From Salpingoeca rosetta (taxonomy: Eukaryota > Protista > Choanoflagellata): a stretch of DNA of 64,000 bases. The notes under the pieces are model-generated. The model had not been told where the DNA came from. It saw only the letters and a list, made by a program, of their open reading frames with translations, and searched no databases. Positions 14,030 through 37,343 of the stretch are shown here, piece by piece. The stretch is taken from NCBI GenBank assembly GCA_033442325.1, contig JAWQFM010000017.1, forward strand, positions 225,909 through 289,908. The letters are read 5' to 3'. Position numbers and translations under genes: made by a program. The first letter of the stretch is position 1, and each line of letters begins with the position of its first letter.

Positions 14030-14882
14030 GAACAAGTCCACGCCAACCCCAACCAACCAGCCAACCCCAGCCATAGGCCTCTCCCACACATACTCAACCA
14101 ACCAACACACACATCAACAGCTCCAACGCTGATGGCGCTGACGCCTCTCTCTTCTTCTTTCCCAGTGTGCTAGGCGCGTTTCTTTGTTCTTTCCCCTCTG
14201 TGCTTCTTAAGCTCTCCTCACTCACTGTGAGGTGACGTCCCCTCTTTTTGCTTTATGTCAATGACGCGGGTTGGGAATCAATGAGCGATGTACCTCACGC
14301 CCTGCCGCAATGCAATTCATCGTCTTTGGGTGGCTATTGATATGACGCCGTTTGTGATTTGTCTGGTTGTGTGCCATGTGTCGTCTGCAGTGTGAGTGTG
14401 TTTGATTGTGTTTGTGTGTTTGTGATTGTCTGTTTTCATTCTCCCATCCTGATCTGCGAGCGAGCTGCGTGAGTGAGGTCCGCGTGTGTCGTTGTTACGG
14501 TGACGCACCCTGAGCCCCTCTCCTCTCCTCTCCTCTCCTCGTCTTCTGTCTTCTATCTCTTGAATGCATCCTGACCGCTGTTGCTCAGTGAGGCTCAATG
14601 CACATTGGTAGCTTCTCCTGAGTGTGTCATCGCTTCTTCCCCAAGCTGACAGTAAATAAACCTCCTTCCCCAAAGATAGCGAAACCACACAAACTACTTT
14701 CGTGTGTGTGCCTGTGCGTGTGTGTGTGTGTGCCTGTGCATGTGTGTGTGTGTGTGTGAGTGCGTTTGATGGCTGTGGGGTTTACTTATGATGACGGAAG
14801 GTGCATGTATGTGGCGCGATGAAAACAACAGTACAGTCAGCGAGGTGCCAACACAACGGGTGACATTGGTCCCATTGGCGCA

Positions 14883-15857
14883 TCACTTCCTTCCCTTTCC
14901 CTTCACTTTTCCTCCTTTGCCCTTCTTCGCCCCAGCCTTGTTCTCCGAGCTCTGCCCGCCCGCGCGCGTGTGTGTATGGTGTGCGTGGAGTGGAGAAGGT
15001 GTCAACGTTGCGGGTCAGCGTGCGTGCAAGGCAAGCAAGCGTGCATGCAGGCAGCGTGCGTGCAAGGCAAGCAAGCGTGCATGCAGGCAACAAGCAAGCA
15101 AGCGTGCATGCAGGCAAGGCATTCACCTTGCGCTTCTTTGGAGCCCCGCCCGGGAGTACTTTGAAGAACGAGTCAAGACGACCCTGCGTTGACGTCTGAT
15201 GGTGGTGGCACGGTGATGGTGGTAATGATGAGGTGTTGAGCAGAGCGTCAACGTGCTCATATGCATGACAGCGGAAAGTGGCATAGCTCACAGCAAGTGT
15301 TGACTTGACACGCAGCATAACAACACAACAACAATAAACACGACAACAATAACACGACACCACGACGACAATTACATCATCACCACCACCACCCCTGGTC
15401 GCTGAGCCGGCAACACACCGATCGCGCCTTGACGAGCTTCTCTGCACCGCGGCGAATGCGGCCCTCCCTGGTGGGGTTTGGGGGGGGGGGGTTTGAGGGG
15501 AGTATGGAAGGGGTGGGAGTGTATGGAGGGAGTGAGGGTTGAGGGGTGGAAGCGTCAGGAACAAGTCAGGTGATTTGCATTGCATGCACGTGTGAGTGAG
15601 ACACACACAACAACAACGCAAACACACACACGCACACACACGCACACACACGCACACACACGCACACATACACGCACACGACACCACGCAGCTACCGTCT
15701 CTTGACTCACTCGAAGCCGTGTTTGTTGCACATGAAATCAACGAGTTTGTCAACATCCGGGATGTTCCACTTGAGCTGCGCAGGTGATGGTGAGTGATGG
15801 TGAGTGATGGTGAGTGATGGGGGCAGTGGTAGAGTGCTGGTACGCCCCGTTCACACA

Positions 15858-15905
<48 letters not shown>

Positions 15906-16662
15906 AGCACACACACACACACACACACACACAAAGCAACGGCCTCCCCCCCCCCAAAAAAAAAACACACAACGCACGTCGATGTCCTTTGCCGGCGCGA
16001 CTTCTGGGTTCTTGAACAGCTCGCGTGCCTCTGCAAACTTCCAGTCGTCCGGCACTGTGTACTTCTTCTTCTCCTTCTTGATCGCCTCCAGTATCGCCTC
16101 GATGGAATGGTGCTCCTTGATGAGTGAGTACGCGCGCACGCGTCCAATTCCTCCAATCTTGTCGCAGTAGTCGCAGCCAAGCAGGATGCACAGGTCGATA
16201 AACTGCACGTGTGTGTGGGGGGGGGGTTGGGTTGGGTGGGTTCATGGTGTGCGAGAGTGCGAACAGAAGGTGAGATGGGGGGGGGGGATACGGAGAACAA
16301 GTTGACTTAAGTGCGAACCACATCCTCACCCAAACATTCAAACAAAACACACGCACGCACGCACGCACGCACGTCATAGACATACACACACACACGCCTA
16401 GCACTCAAACACACAACACCACACCACACGACACCGCAAACAGCACGTGCGCACCTCGTCCTGGGAGAGGTCGAGGCCCTCCAGCACCTTCTTCAGCTCA
16501 AACTGCTGAATCGGCATCTTGCGCGCTTCGCTGAACGTCATGTGACGCAGCAGCACACTCGTGCCAAACGTCAACGCATCCATATCCTCTGTGGCCGTCG
16601 CAAACACTTTTCCCGCCTTGACCAGCTCGGCACACTGCGCCTCTGCCTCACACGGCGCCTGG

Positions 16663-16727
<65 letters not shown>

Positions 16728-17875
16728 GTGTGCGTGTGTGTGTGTGTGTGTGTTGTGTGCGTGTGTGTGTGTGTGTTGTGTGCGTGTGCGTGTGAAAATG
16801 AGCTCATATGTGCGTCTGTCATGCATGGGACCAAATGATAACGATCAATTCTTCTTTCGATACAACGCACACACACACACGACACACACGACACACACAT
16901 GCGCGCGTGTCTGCGTGCACATACCACGATGTATGGGATGCCCATGAGGTCCAGGAGCTCTTGGCACTGCCGGTTGTGCTCGGGTGTGACCTTCACCAGT
17001 CGACGCGTAAACTTCTCCATATCCGCCTGCACGCCTGTTCACACAGAGAGAGATGCACAAAACACACAACAAGAGTTGTAAGCGCAAGTGTAATGGCAGG
17101 TAGCAGCACACGCACGCACGCACATGCGTGACAGCCGGGTCGTTGACAGACCTTCCTCCGTGGCGGCCTCCAGCTTGGACTGGGCCTCCTTCCTGCGCTC
17201 CGTCCGCTTCGCAAGCTCGCCACTCTTCAGCGTCGGTGGCTTGCCATCAAACACATACCTGTCGTCAAACCAACACCAGCACAAGAACACGCACGCTTGC
17301 TGTTTAGGTACAACGTGTACACGCGCGAACACGCGCAACACACACACACATGCACAGCACAGACCCGCAGCGAACCAGCAAACAATACACATCGCAACCC
17401 AAGTGTGTGTTAAGCACTCTTATGAAACCGTAAACACATACGCACACACACAGCAAACGTACACGGGCTTGACACCGTTGTTGACCATGCGGATGGTGCG
17501 GTAGAAGATGCCGGAGAGGTGGCTGGTGGTCTCGCCCTCTGCGTTGGTGAGGTTGCTGCCTTCCGATCGCACCGCAATCAGGAACTGGTAGATGCTCATG
17601 GACGCATCAATGGCCACCTTGCGGCCTACACGACGACGCAAGCGGGAGGAAAAGAGAGAGGGAGAGAAAGAGACGATGAGCGCGGGCGCGAGTGCGGCTG
17701 TGTTGAGATGATGATGATGATGGGCAGTGCAAGTGATGACAGCGTACAAGTGTCTTTCCTTATCACGCGTGCACCTTTGATGTTACCACTCACCAAAGAG
17801 GTTCTTCATCTCCGTCTCCTTCACAGCATGACTGGCGTTGTCGCCAATCACCTTGGACAGGTCATGAATTCCCAT
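14883..17875 (-). CDS. FEN1: Flap endonuclease 1, multi-exon
   Basis: [101 protein letters not shown] box QGRLDSFF and a basic C-terminal tail. Confidence 0.98.
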
Positions 17876-18027
17876 CGCTGGCTGGGGTGGGTGATAGGGT
17901 GGATGTGTGTGTGTGTGATGTGTGTGTGTTTGTGTGTGATGTGTGTGGATGTGTGTGTGTGTGTGTATGGGGTGTGTGATGTGATGTGTGTGGATGTGTG
18001 TGTGTGTATGGGGGTTTCGTTCGTTCG

Positions 18028-18043
18028 TTTTGGCGCGCGAAAA
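18028..18043. promoter_or_regulatory. Overlapping inverted E2F/DP-type sites upstream of FEN1
   Basis: TTTTGGCGCGCGAAAA contains TTTGGCGC on + and TTTCGCGC on -, both fitting the TTTSSCGC consensus. It lies ~150 bp upstream of the FEN1 ATG. Confidence 0.6.
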
Positions 18044-18144
18044 TGCGATTGTAGAAATTTATTTCAAGGTTTTCAATAGAATTCGTCACCTCTTACCACT
18101 CTTGCCTGTGTTATGTGTGCGTGGGTGGGTGTGGGTGTGGGTGT

Positions 18145-18184
<40 letters not shown>

Positions 18185-18298
18185 GTGTGTGTGTGGGTGT
18201 GTGTGTGTGTGTGTGTGAGAACTGGGGTTGGCACCAACCTCATCATCACACAACACGACAACGCCATTGCACAACAGCACTGCACCCTGATCCAGCCA

Positions 18299-24278
<5,980 letters not shown>

Positions 24279-24409
24279 ATTCTTCTCCTTGCTGTCCTTC
24301 TTGTTGTTCCTTCTTCTTGTTGCGTGTTGTTGTGCCTTCACGTGCGCCTGCTTCCTTGCTTCTTGCTTCTTCTTCCCCCGCCCCCTCGCGCGAGTCGGTT
24401 GCAGTGAAG

Positions 24410-25387
24410 ATGCGTGCGCTGAGGCCCGTGTCCAGGGCGTACGACGCCATCATCGTCGGCGGCGGCCACAACGGCCTTGTCGCTGCCGCTTACCTCGCCC
24501 GCCAAGGTCCGCCGTGCTGCCTGCTGCGAAGTGCACTCCTCCCAATCACACACATAGGCATGACCGAACACACACATACACACTGAACGCGCACACTGAA
24601 CAACACACTCACACGTGCACGCACAGGTGGCAAGGTGCTTGTTCTGGAGAAGAACGACCAAGTCGGTGGCGCTGCCGTGTCCTCGGAGATTGTGCCAGGG
24701 TTCAAGTTCTCCCGTGCATCCTACCTCGCCGGCCTGATCCGCCCCTCCATCGTCAAGGAGCTCGACCTCCACAAGGTGTGTGTGTGTGTCTGTGTCTGTG
24801 TCTGTGTCTGTGTCTGTGTCTGTGTGTGTGTGTGTGTCTGTGTCTGTGTCTGTGTCTGTGTCTGTGCGTGTCATGAGAGACCTGTTTTCACGTCGCCATC
24901 GGCAACAACCAACATGCCATCTCCTCCCCTGTTCTCCAACCTCGTACGCTTTCCTCTCTGCCTTCCTCTCTTGCTACCACCAGCATGGCCTTCGCTTCCT
25001 GCCCCGGGACCCCTCGTCCTTCACTCCGACCAAGACGCCGGGACAGCACCTCATGTTCTGGGACGATGAGACAAAGACAGCAGCGTCCATCGCCCAGTTC
25101 AGCAAGGTGCGTTTGCGCCGTGCTCACACACACGCGCGCGCGGGGGGCTTTGTGTCATGTTCACCGGCGGCTATTACTCACATGCTACGTGTGTCTGTGT
25201 GTGTCTGCACCTGGTCCTCTGCTGCTGCTGTGTGTCTCTACATCTATGCGTCTGTCTGTGTGTGGCAGCATGATGCCGATGCCTTCCCCAAGTACGAGGC
25301 CAAGATTGGCCGCTTCCGCGACCTCATCCAACCGTTTCTCGAACGCCCCCTCCCCAACGTCTCCTTCGACGAGCTGGTACAAGTCGT

Positions 25388-25421
<34 letters not shown>

Positions 25422-25785
25422 CTGGGTGTGTCTGGGTGTGTGTCTGTGTGTGTGTCTGGGTGTGTGTGTGTGTCTGGGTGTGTGTGTGTGTGTGTGTGTG
25501 TCTGTCTGTCTGTTTGTCTGTGTGCCTGCTGGATGAATGTCCCTCATTGCTCCTTGCTCACTCCACTCTGTGCTCTGAAAACGTTGCAATGCGTCTGCTC
25601 AACAACACCGACAACGATCATCACCTCTCTCACTGTCTCGGTCGCGCAACAGCAACGTGGCAACCTGATGGCCTTTGCCCGCCTCGCCTCCCAACACTTT
25701 GACCTCCTCACACATATCTTCAAGTACAAGAAGGAGCTTGTGAGTAATATATTTCCTGTTCGTGTTGTGCGCGCGTGTGTGTGCG

Positions 25786-25841
<56 letters not shown>

Positions 25842-27853
25842 GTCTGTCTGTTCGCGTGTCTGGCTGTCCCAGTTTTCTTGCTTCTTCTTCCTCTTCCCCT
25901 CTGATCAGCATCACCCTCACTCCCACCACCACCACCACCACCACCACCACCTTATTGTGCGCAGGCAGAGTTCTACGAGCTACTGACCGCGCCCGCGTCC
26001 CAGATCCTGGACCGCTGGTTCGAGAGCGAGATGCTCAAGACGACGCTCGCCACCGACGCTGTCATCGGTTCCATGGCTGCACCCTCGGACCCGGGCTCGG
26101 CATACGTCCTCCTCCACCACGTCATGGGCGAGGTCGCAGGCAAGTCGTGTGCTCTGTGTGTGCGTGTGTGTCTGTCGTCTGTCTGTCTGTCTCCCATGCG
26201 GCTCTCCCCCTCCCTCTGTTTCTGCCCACGTGCCCGTGATCACCCATGCACAATACTGACCTCGCTCCACTGCCACAACAAACCAAAACTCACAATGCAC
26301 ACACACCCCGCCACCACCACCACCACCACCACTCGACAGGCCGCAAGGGCGTGTGGGCGTATGTTGAGGGCGGAATGGGGGCGTTGAGTAACGCCATTGC
26401 CGCCAGTGCAAAGCAGGCCGGTGCTGAGATCATTGTCAACGCAGACGTGCAAGAGATTCTTATTGATGAGAGCAGCAACACCAACGGCGGCAAGAAGAAA
26501 GGGCGACGTGGTGATGACGCGAGCATTGATGCCGGTGGCGTGACGGGCGTGCGCGTTGTGCTGGGCGATGGCACAGAGATGGAGGTCAGCAGCAACTTTG
26601 TCCTGAGCAACTGCACGCCACACCGCACGTACACGGAGCTGTTGCCCAAGGACCGCCAGGCGTCTCTCCTTGGCGAGGACTTTCTTAAACGCATTCAGAC
26701 GACTGATTACTCGTGCGGCGCGTTCAAAATCAACTGTGCCGTCAGCGAGCTGCCAGACTTTGTATGCGCGCCGAACAAAGGCACCGGCCCAGAGCCCCAC
26801 CACCACGGCACAATCCACTTTGAGAACTCCATGCACGAGCTCGAACGCGCTGCGGCCGAGGTGGGTCGGGACAGACTGGGGTGTGTGCGTTTGTTGGGGG
26901 GGGGGGTTGTATGTATCTGTGTCTGTGTCTGCCTGTGTGTCTGTCTGTGTGTGTCTGTGTTTGTGTGTCTGTGTCTGTGTCTGTGTCTGCGTGTGTCTGT
27001 GTGTGTGTCTGCGTGTTTGTCTGCCTGCCTGACTGCCTGTTTTCGCTGCAAGCTTGAACCACACACGCCGCCACACTAGCTCCTCCACCGTTCCCTCTCC
27101 CCCACAACTCACACACACACACACTCACTCTCTCTCTCGAAAGGCGAAGACTGGGCGGCCAGCCACGCGACCTGTGATTGAGATGACGATTCCATCTGCC
27201 ATTGACAAGACCATTGCACCAGAGGGCAAGCACGTGGTGCAGCTCTTTGTCCAGTACGCGCCTTACGACGTGGACCCACAGGTGGGCAGAGACGCGGTGG
27301 ACAGTTAGGGGTGATGGAAGCCGGTGTGATAGCGTGATGTTTGGTGGACAGTCGTGTTGCACAAATCACTGCGTCCACGCACACGCACACACGCACACAT
27401 GCAACTCGTTCCGTGAGCACAGCGCCAGCTCACCTTGTATACACAACTACGTCACACAACACCACATTGCACCACATTGCACCACATTGCACCACATTGC
27501 ACCACGGCCAGGTTGGCACGTGGGCTGATGAGTCGTTCAAGGAGTCGTTTGTTCGCCGCGTGTTCAGTGTTGTGGACGAATTCGCCCCCAACTTCAGCTC
27601 CTCCGTCATCGGATACGACGCCCTCTCCCCACTCGACATTGAGCGCGAGTTTGGATTGCATAAGGGCAACATCTTCCATGGGGCAATGTCCCTGCACCAG
27701 ATCCTCTACCTGCGCCCCACCCCGGAGTACTGCGACGGCACCACGCCCATCGACGGGCTGTACATCTGCGGAAGTGGCGTCCACCCTGGCGGCGGTGTCA
27801 TGGGCGCGCCGGGCCGAAACGCCGCTCGCATTGTGCTGCAGGACGCCGAGTGA
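24410..27853 (+). CDS. PYROXD2: Pyridine nucleotide-disulfide oxidoreductase domain protein 2 (phytoene-dehydrogenase-like FAD oxidoreductase), multi-exon
   Basis: [107 protein letters not shown] and [24 protein letters not shown]. Confidence 0.95.
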
Positions 27854-28761
27854 GCGGGGATCGTGGCTGCGTGGGCACGAGAGGAAGAAAGCGCGAGATG
27901 GACCGGTGGCGAGGGAGTTGGTTGCTTGGCACTTGTGGGTTGGATTTGGCGTGTGGAGGATGAAGAAGAGGTCCGAGAAGAAGAGGTCCGAGGGGAATGG
28001 CACAAGTGTCTGACCCTTCATAAGCCCCCCCCTCTCTCTCTCTCTTTTCTGATACGACCTTCCAACCATTTGTGTACTTGCCTGCCTCTCTTTCCGCGTC
28101 GATTCCTCATTTGTTCTCTTTCGATTGCTCGTCAACCACGCCATCCACCACGAGATGCACACCGTCTCTCTTTGCTCCGGCAATGCACGTGTTAGTTTGT
28201 ATGCATGTATCGCTGTATTGTTCATCGTCCAAAACGGCAACGTTACCACCACAACAACAATCAACAATCATCAACCACAACAATCATCAACAACAACAAT
28301 CATCAACAACAACAATCATCAACCACCACCACCACCACCATCGCCATGCTCCCGTTGTCTGTCCTCCATTCCATAAAAGAAAGTGTCCACCACAAGCAAG
28401 CAATTCGAGTGTGTGGGTGTGGGTGTGGGTGGGTGGGTGGGCGTGGAGAAAAGCCTCGGCTGTGGCAGTTGGCTATTTGTATACTCACGAACACAACGCT
28501 GTGACAGGAAATCAATGTATGTACAGCAGACAAACCTGGGAAAGGGCAACAAAGCCACTACAAGACAAGCAAGCAAAAAAAAAAAAAAAAGCAAACAAAA
28601 AAGCGAGAGAGGCAACAAGCATTCAGCACATGAAACATCCCTGCAGCACGTACACGCAATCTCACGCTCAAACACATACAAACGTCTCACAAATTACTCG
28701 CTCATATCTCCCGCTTCACTCATGCATGCATCCAATGTCACCACCACCACCACCATGGCGC

Positions 28762-32770
<4,009 letters not shown>

Positions 32771-32939
32771 AGTTGCGCTGCGCCAAAATTGAACGACACC
32801 ATAAACTGTAGTGCCTTATCGACCGCAACAGCCAGCAGAAAGAGCCGACACACACTATCAACAGACAGACAGCTCACACACCCGCAAGCAGGCGGGTACA
32901 AGCAGACATAAGTTGTGGAGAGCAGAAGACGGGAGAGGC

Positions 32940-33204
32940 ATGGAAGTGACGGTGCAGGTTCTGCCGGGCGGGACGTTTACGTTCACGCTCGAGAATGGCG
33001 ACGCAACGACGGTGGCGGAGGGTGAAGGCGCTCGTGGCAAGCAAGGGTGCGGCGTGCGCGGGCAAGCCATTGCTGACGGTGTTCCAGGGCAAGAAGCTGG
33101 CGGACGACGACACGCTTGGCGCAGCTGGCGTCAAAAGGCGGCGACAGCTGTTTGTGGCCGTTGCCCCGCAGGCACAGGGGTCCCAGGGTTCCCCAGCAGG
33201 CAGC
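32940..33204 (+). CDS. N-terminal ubiquitin-like domain of a gene that runs into a gap; one frameshift (possibly a read error)
   Basis: MEVTVQVLPGGTFTFTLENGDATTVAE, then in a shifted frame at ~33021 VKALVA...LLTVFQGKKLADDDTLGAAGVK: the UBL pattern TV..VK / L.F.GK.L.DD.TL...GV. Confidence 0.65.
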
Positions 33205-34010
33205 NNNNNNNNNNNNNNNNNNNNNNNNNNNNNNNNNNNNNNNNNNNNNNNNNNNNNNNNNNNNNNNNNNNNNNNNNNNNNNNNNNNNNNNNNNNNNNNN
33301 NNNNNNNNNNNNNNNNNNNNNNNNNNNNNNNNNNNNNNNNNNNNNNNNNNNNNNNNNNNNNNNNNNNNNNNNNNNNNNNNNNNNNNNNNNNNNNNNNNNN
33401 NNNNNNNNNNNNNNNNNNNNNNNNNNNNNNNNNNNNNNNNNNNNNNNNNNNNNNNNNNNNNNNNNNNNNNNNNNNNNNNNNNNNNNNNNNNNNNNNNNNN
33501 NNNNNNNNNNNNNNNNNNNNNNNNNNNNNNNNNNNNNNNNNNNNNNNNNNNNNNNNNNNNNNNNNNNNNNNNNNNNNNNNNNNNNNNNNNNNNNNNNNNN
33601 NNNNNNNNNNNNNNNNNNNNNNNNNNNNNNNNNNNNNNNNNNNNNNNNNNNNNNNNNNNNNNNNNNNNNNNNNNNNNNNNNNNNNNNNNNNNNNNNNNNN
33701 NNNNNNNNNNNNNNNNNNNNNNNNNNNNNNNNNNNNNNNNNNNNNNNNNNNNNNNNNNNNNNNNNNNNNNNNNNNNNNNNNNNNNNNNNNNNNNNNNNNN
33801 NNNNNNNNNNNNNNNNNNNNNNNNNNNNNNNNNNNNNNNNNNNNNNNNNNNNNNNNNNNNNNNNNNNNNNNNNNNNNNNNNNNNNNNNNNNNNNNNNNNN
33901 NNNNNNNNNNNNNNNNNNNNNNNNNNNNNNNNNNNNNNNNNNNNNNNNNNNNNNNNNNNNNNNNNNNNNNNNNNNNNNNNNNNNNNNNNNNNNNNNNNNN
34001 NNNNNNNNNN

Positions 34011-34210
34011 ATGCGGACTTGAAACCGGGAACCATGTTCAAGAGCAAGGATGGTGTGTTACGTGCTTTCACAGCCGTCGCTGTGTTCCATGAGATGGATG
34101 CAACCACTATGTGAGTGCCTTACCTCGGTGCATGCGTATGCGCCCACGTCCTGTGTTTGTACGTGCTTGCATGCAAGCAAGGAGAAGGAAGCACGCGCGT
34201 CCACTCACTC
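34011..34210 (+). mobile_element. Fragment of the MULE transposase gene (direct copy of ~47972-48160)
   Basis: Near-identical to 47972-48160 (ADLKPGTMFKSKD.VLRA..AVAVFH exon plus the start of the following intron), with two 5-bp insertions; the first frameshifts the exon. The left part is lost in the gap. Confidence 0.85.
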
Positions 34211-36002
34211 ACAAACACATACTCTCTCGCTCTGTCTGCCTGTCTCACACACTCTCTATCACTCGCACTCACAAACACATACACTCATACACACACACTC
34301 CACACACTCTCGTACACACACACTCCCCCTGTCTCTCTGTCTATCACGCATTTTCGTGCACCCACATACATCCACATACACACTACATCCACACACGGAT
34401 CAACACGGTTGGTTGCAAGGCAAGGGGGTTGAGGTGCCTACAGCAAGCACGGCAGCAGATGCCTCTCGGCGGTGTGAGCAGCAACAATCCCACGAGCAGA
34501 CCCAAGGACAGCAGCGCTGACGTCGTGGGCACAACTCCGACAGCAGGGACTTGACGTGCGCATTGTCGCGTATCCCATGGGTCTGCACGAGCTGTGCACC
34601 ATACTTGCGCATCACGATGGTGTGGTAGACATCAAGTGTCTCCCACAAGCAGACGTCGTCCTTGCTCGGTGAGGCAATGTTTTTGTGTGCTTGCGAATGT
34701 GTGTGCGTGTGTGTGTGCGCGCGTGTGCGTGTGTGTGTGTGTGTGAGTCTTGCGTGCGTGTTGTATGCGTGTGCGTGCGTGTTGTATGCGTGTGCGTGCG
34801 TTTTGTGTGCGTGTGCGTGTGTGTGCGTGTTTGTGTGTGGTTGTGTGTGTGTGTGCGTGCGCGCGTGTGTGTGACTGGATAACCCTTTAGCCCTTTGACC
34901 CTATTCATAATGTGAGCGGACGCAGCACATCCTTACATGTACAGTCACTTGTGTTCTCACGCACAGGTTCAGGGGTCATGAGGATGTGGAACTTGTACTT
35001 GTGGACATTGATGGCTGTTGCTCCATTAGCTACATTTCGTGTACAGATCCTTTGCGACACTCGGCAAGGCCACAGGACTGCTAGGAGCAGGATTCTGTTG
35101 GCGTGGCATGCGATGAACGCAGCACCAGACCTTGTTCAGGTACGCACTGTATGCTTCCATGTATGTGTGTGTGTGTGTGTTGCGTGTGTGTGTGATGGCT
35201 CACGCAAGTGTCTTCGCTAGCGACCGCATCGTTGTCCATCTCGCGCCACTGTGCATCCCTTCCCCTCACCGTCGCATCATTCCATCATTGTCTATTGTCA
35301 CATCCACAACAGATGAAGAAGGGTGCACAAGATCTTGGTCTGCTGTGGGATGAGCATGTCTGTCACCCGTCATATCCACGCGTTTGTGGCTGAGTGCTGA
35401 CGGCGTGTGCGTCACAGCTTCTTTGACGAGCATGACCAGCATCGTGTCGCAGTACAAGGAGAGGTTCCGAACCTGCGCAGCTGCAAGCAAGCTGCCAATC
35501 TCAGCAACCACCACCAACCTCACGCCCCTGCCGTCCATTAGTGGCTGTCTACGCTGCAGCGTTGATGTTGGAACGCTGACCAGACCGTGTTTCGGGTGTT
35601 GTGGATCTCCGTGGACCATCGCGGACGCCTCTCCTCCAACTAGCCAACTTCACTGACGCCATCTTTTGCGATGAACGAATTGACGCTTGTTTTGTGCGCG
35701 GAGGACATCGTGCTCTCACAACACATCTCCGTGCTTCGATTTGACGGCAAACTTGGTCCGGATGCCAGTTGTGAGGATTGGAAGTGGCACGAGGAGCGAG
35801 CTGTCCCAACTCTCTCAGCTCTATGTCATGGAACGTCTGCGTGCTCTGCGTGCTCTTGTGTGGAGCACCCACAACATCCGGACTTCTGGACAACCCTCTC
35901 TGAACGCTTCAACAGAGTCAAGATCCAAGAAACCCCACTGAGCACATCGCCAATCGTCCGTTTTCACCAAAACACCACCCACCCACTCTCCCACCATCAG
36001 TC

Positions 36003-37216
36003 ATGATACGAGGTCTGCTGGCGGTCTTTGTGGTGGGAGCGCTGTGTCGCGTGTGCCCAGGGAACGTGGTGCTGGAGGAGGACGGCGCGGGCGCGTTTCA
36101 CATCAACACGAGCGATCCTCACCAGCAGCCAGTGTTTGTGAACGGAATGGATGTGCAACAGATGTACACCAGGCTGCAGGAGCAGCAGAAGCTCATTGAA
36201 GTTCAGCAGGACATGCTTGGAGCCCAAAACTTGGCGATTCAAACACTGGGCAACACCCTCCACGTCTTCCGTTCCGCGTCCTGCCCAGCGTCTGCAAGGA
36301 GCACCATTTCCGCTGGTTCTGGAGACTACAAATGGAATGGGGGCGTCTTGGCCCCGAATGGCCACATTTACGCCATCCCTGCCGCTGCCACGGCGATCCT
36401 CATCATCGACCCAAACTCCAACACTGCTGACAGAACCTCAATTACTCACAGTGGTATGGAGGGGCGCTTGCCCACACTGACCTCATTTACTTCTTGCCGA
36501 ATGGAAAGCGCCCTGTGCTCATTATTGATCCAGCGACCAACACGGTCGACTTGACAACGATCCCAGACGTAGGTGTTGGCGGGTCCTACAATTCTGCACT
36601 GCGCTTGGACAACAACCTCATCTACGGCATCCCGAGGAGTGCTCCTGCCGTGCTGATCATTGATCCAAGCACCAACACTGTTGACACAACGAGCATCGCT
36701 GGAATAAGTGGTGGCACGTGGGAAGGGGCGGCCCAGGCTGGCAACGGGCTCATCTTTTCTGTCCCCTACAGCTCAAAGTCTGTGCTCATCATTGACCCGA
36801 AGTTGCGAACTGCAGACACAACAACCATCACAGGCATTTCTGGTGGGCGCAAGTGGCATGGCACCGCCTTGGGCGGCAACGGGTTCATCCACGGCATTCC
36901 TTACGACTCGCGCTCTGTTCTCATCATCAACCCCAACACAAAGACGATTGACACAACCACCATCAGCGGCATTTCGGGTTACCAGAAATGGCATGGAGCC
37001 GTGGCAGCGAAGAATGGGTTTGTTGTTGGCATCCCTCGCGACTATTACAAGGCGCTGATCATCGATCCCATCACCAACCGAGCCACACGGCACAGCATCA
37101 GCGGACTCCCTGCCGGGGACGCCAGATGGTACGGAGGTGTGCTTGCAGACAACGGTCTGATTTACGGCATCCCATACCGCGTTGGCACGTGTCTCGTGAT
37201 GGATCCAGGATGCTAA
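36003..37216 (+). pseudogene. Intronless secreted 7-repeat beta-propeller protein, disrupted by frameshifts at ~36455-36470
   Basis: Signal peptide MIRGLLAVFVVGALC, a short coiled coil, then seven ~44 aa repeats of consensus W.G.....NG.IY.IP.....VLIIDP.TNT.DTT.I. Repeat 2 is spread over three reading frames. Confidence 0.75.
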
Positions 37217-37238
37217 AACTGGCGAAGAGGGGCGCGCG

Positions 37239-37343
<105 letters not shown>

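Noticed and set aside
14540-14700. Non-repetitive patch between the convergent HIG1 and FEN1 genes as a possible ncRNA
   Set aside because: No recognisable boxes or convincing stems; consistent with ordinary 3' UTR sequence.
15000-15120. Short tandem repeats (gcaagcaagcgtgcatgcag) resembling a CRISPR array
   Set aside because: No unique spacers, located in a FEN1 intron, eukaryotic context and no cas genes.
32811-34114. Long ORFs spanning N runs (also 44531-45621 and 56231-58535)
   Set aside because: Their length comes from assembly gaps; the two sides need not be in frame or even the same gene.
34877-34910. Telomere-like aaccctttagccctttgaccct
   Set aside because: Only three degenerate units; not a real telomeric array.
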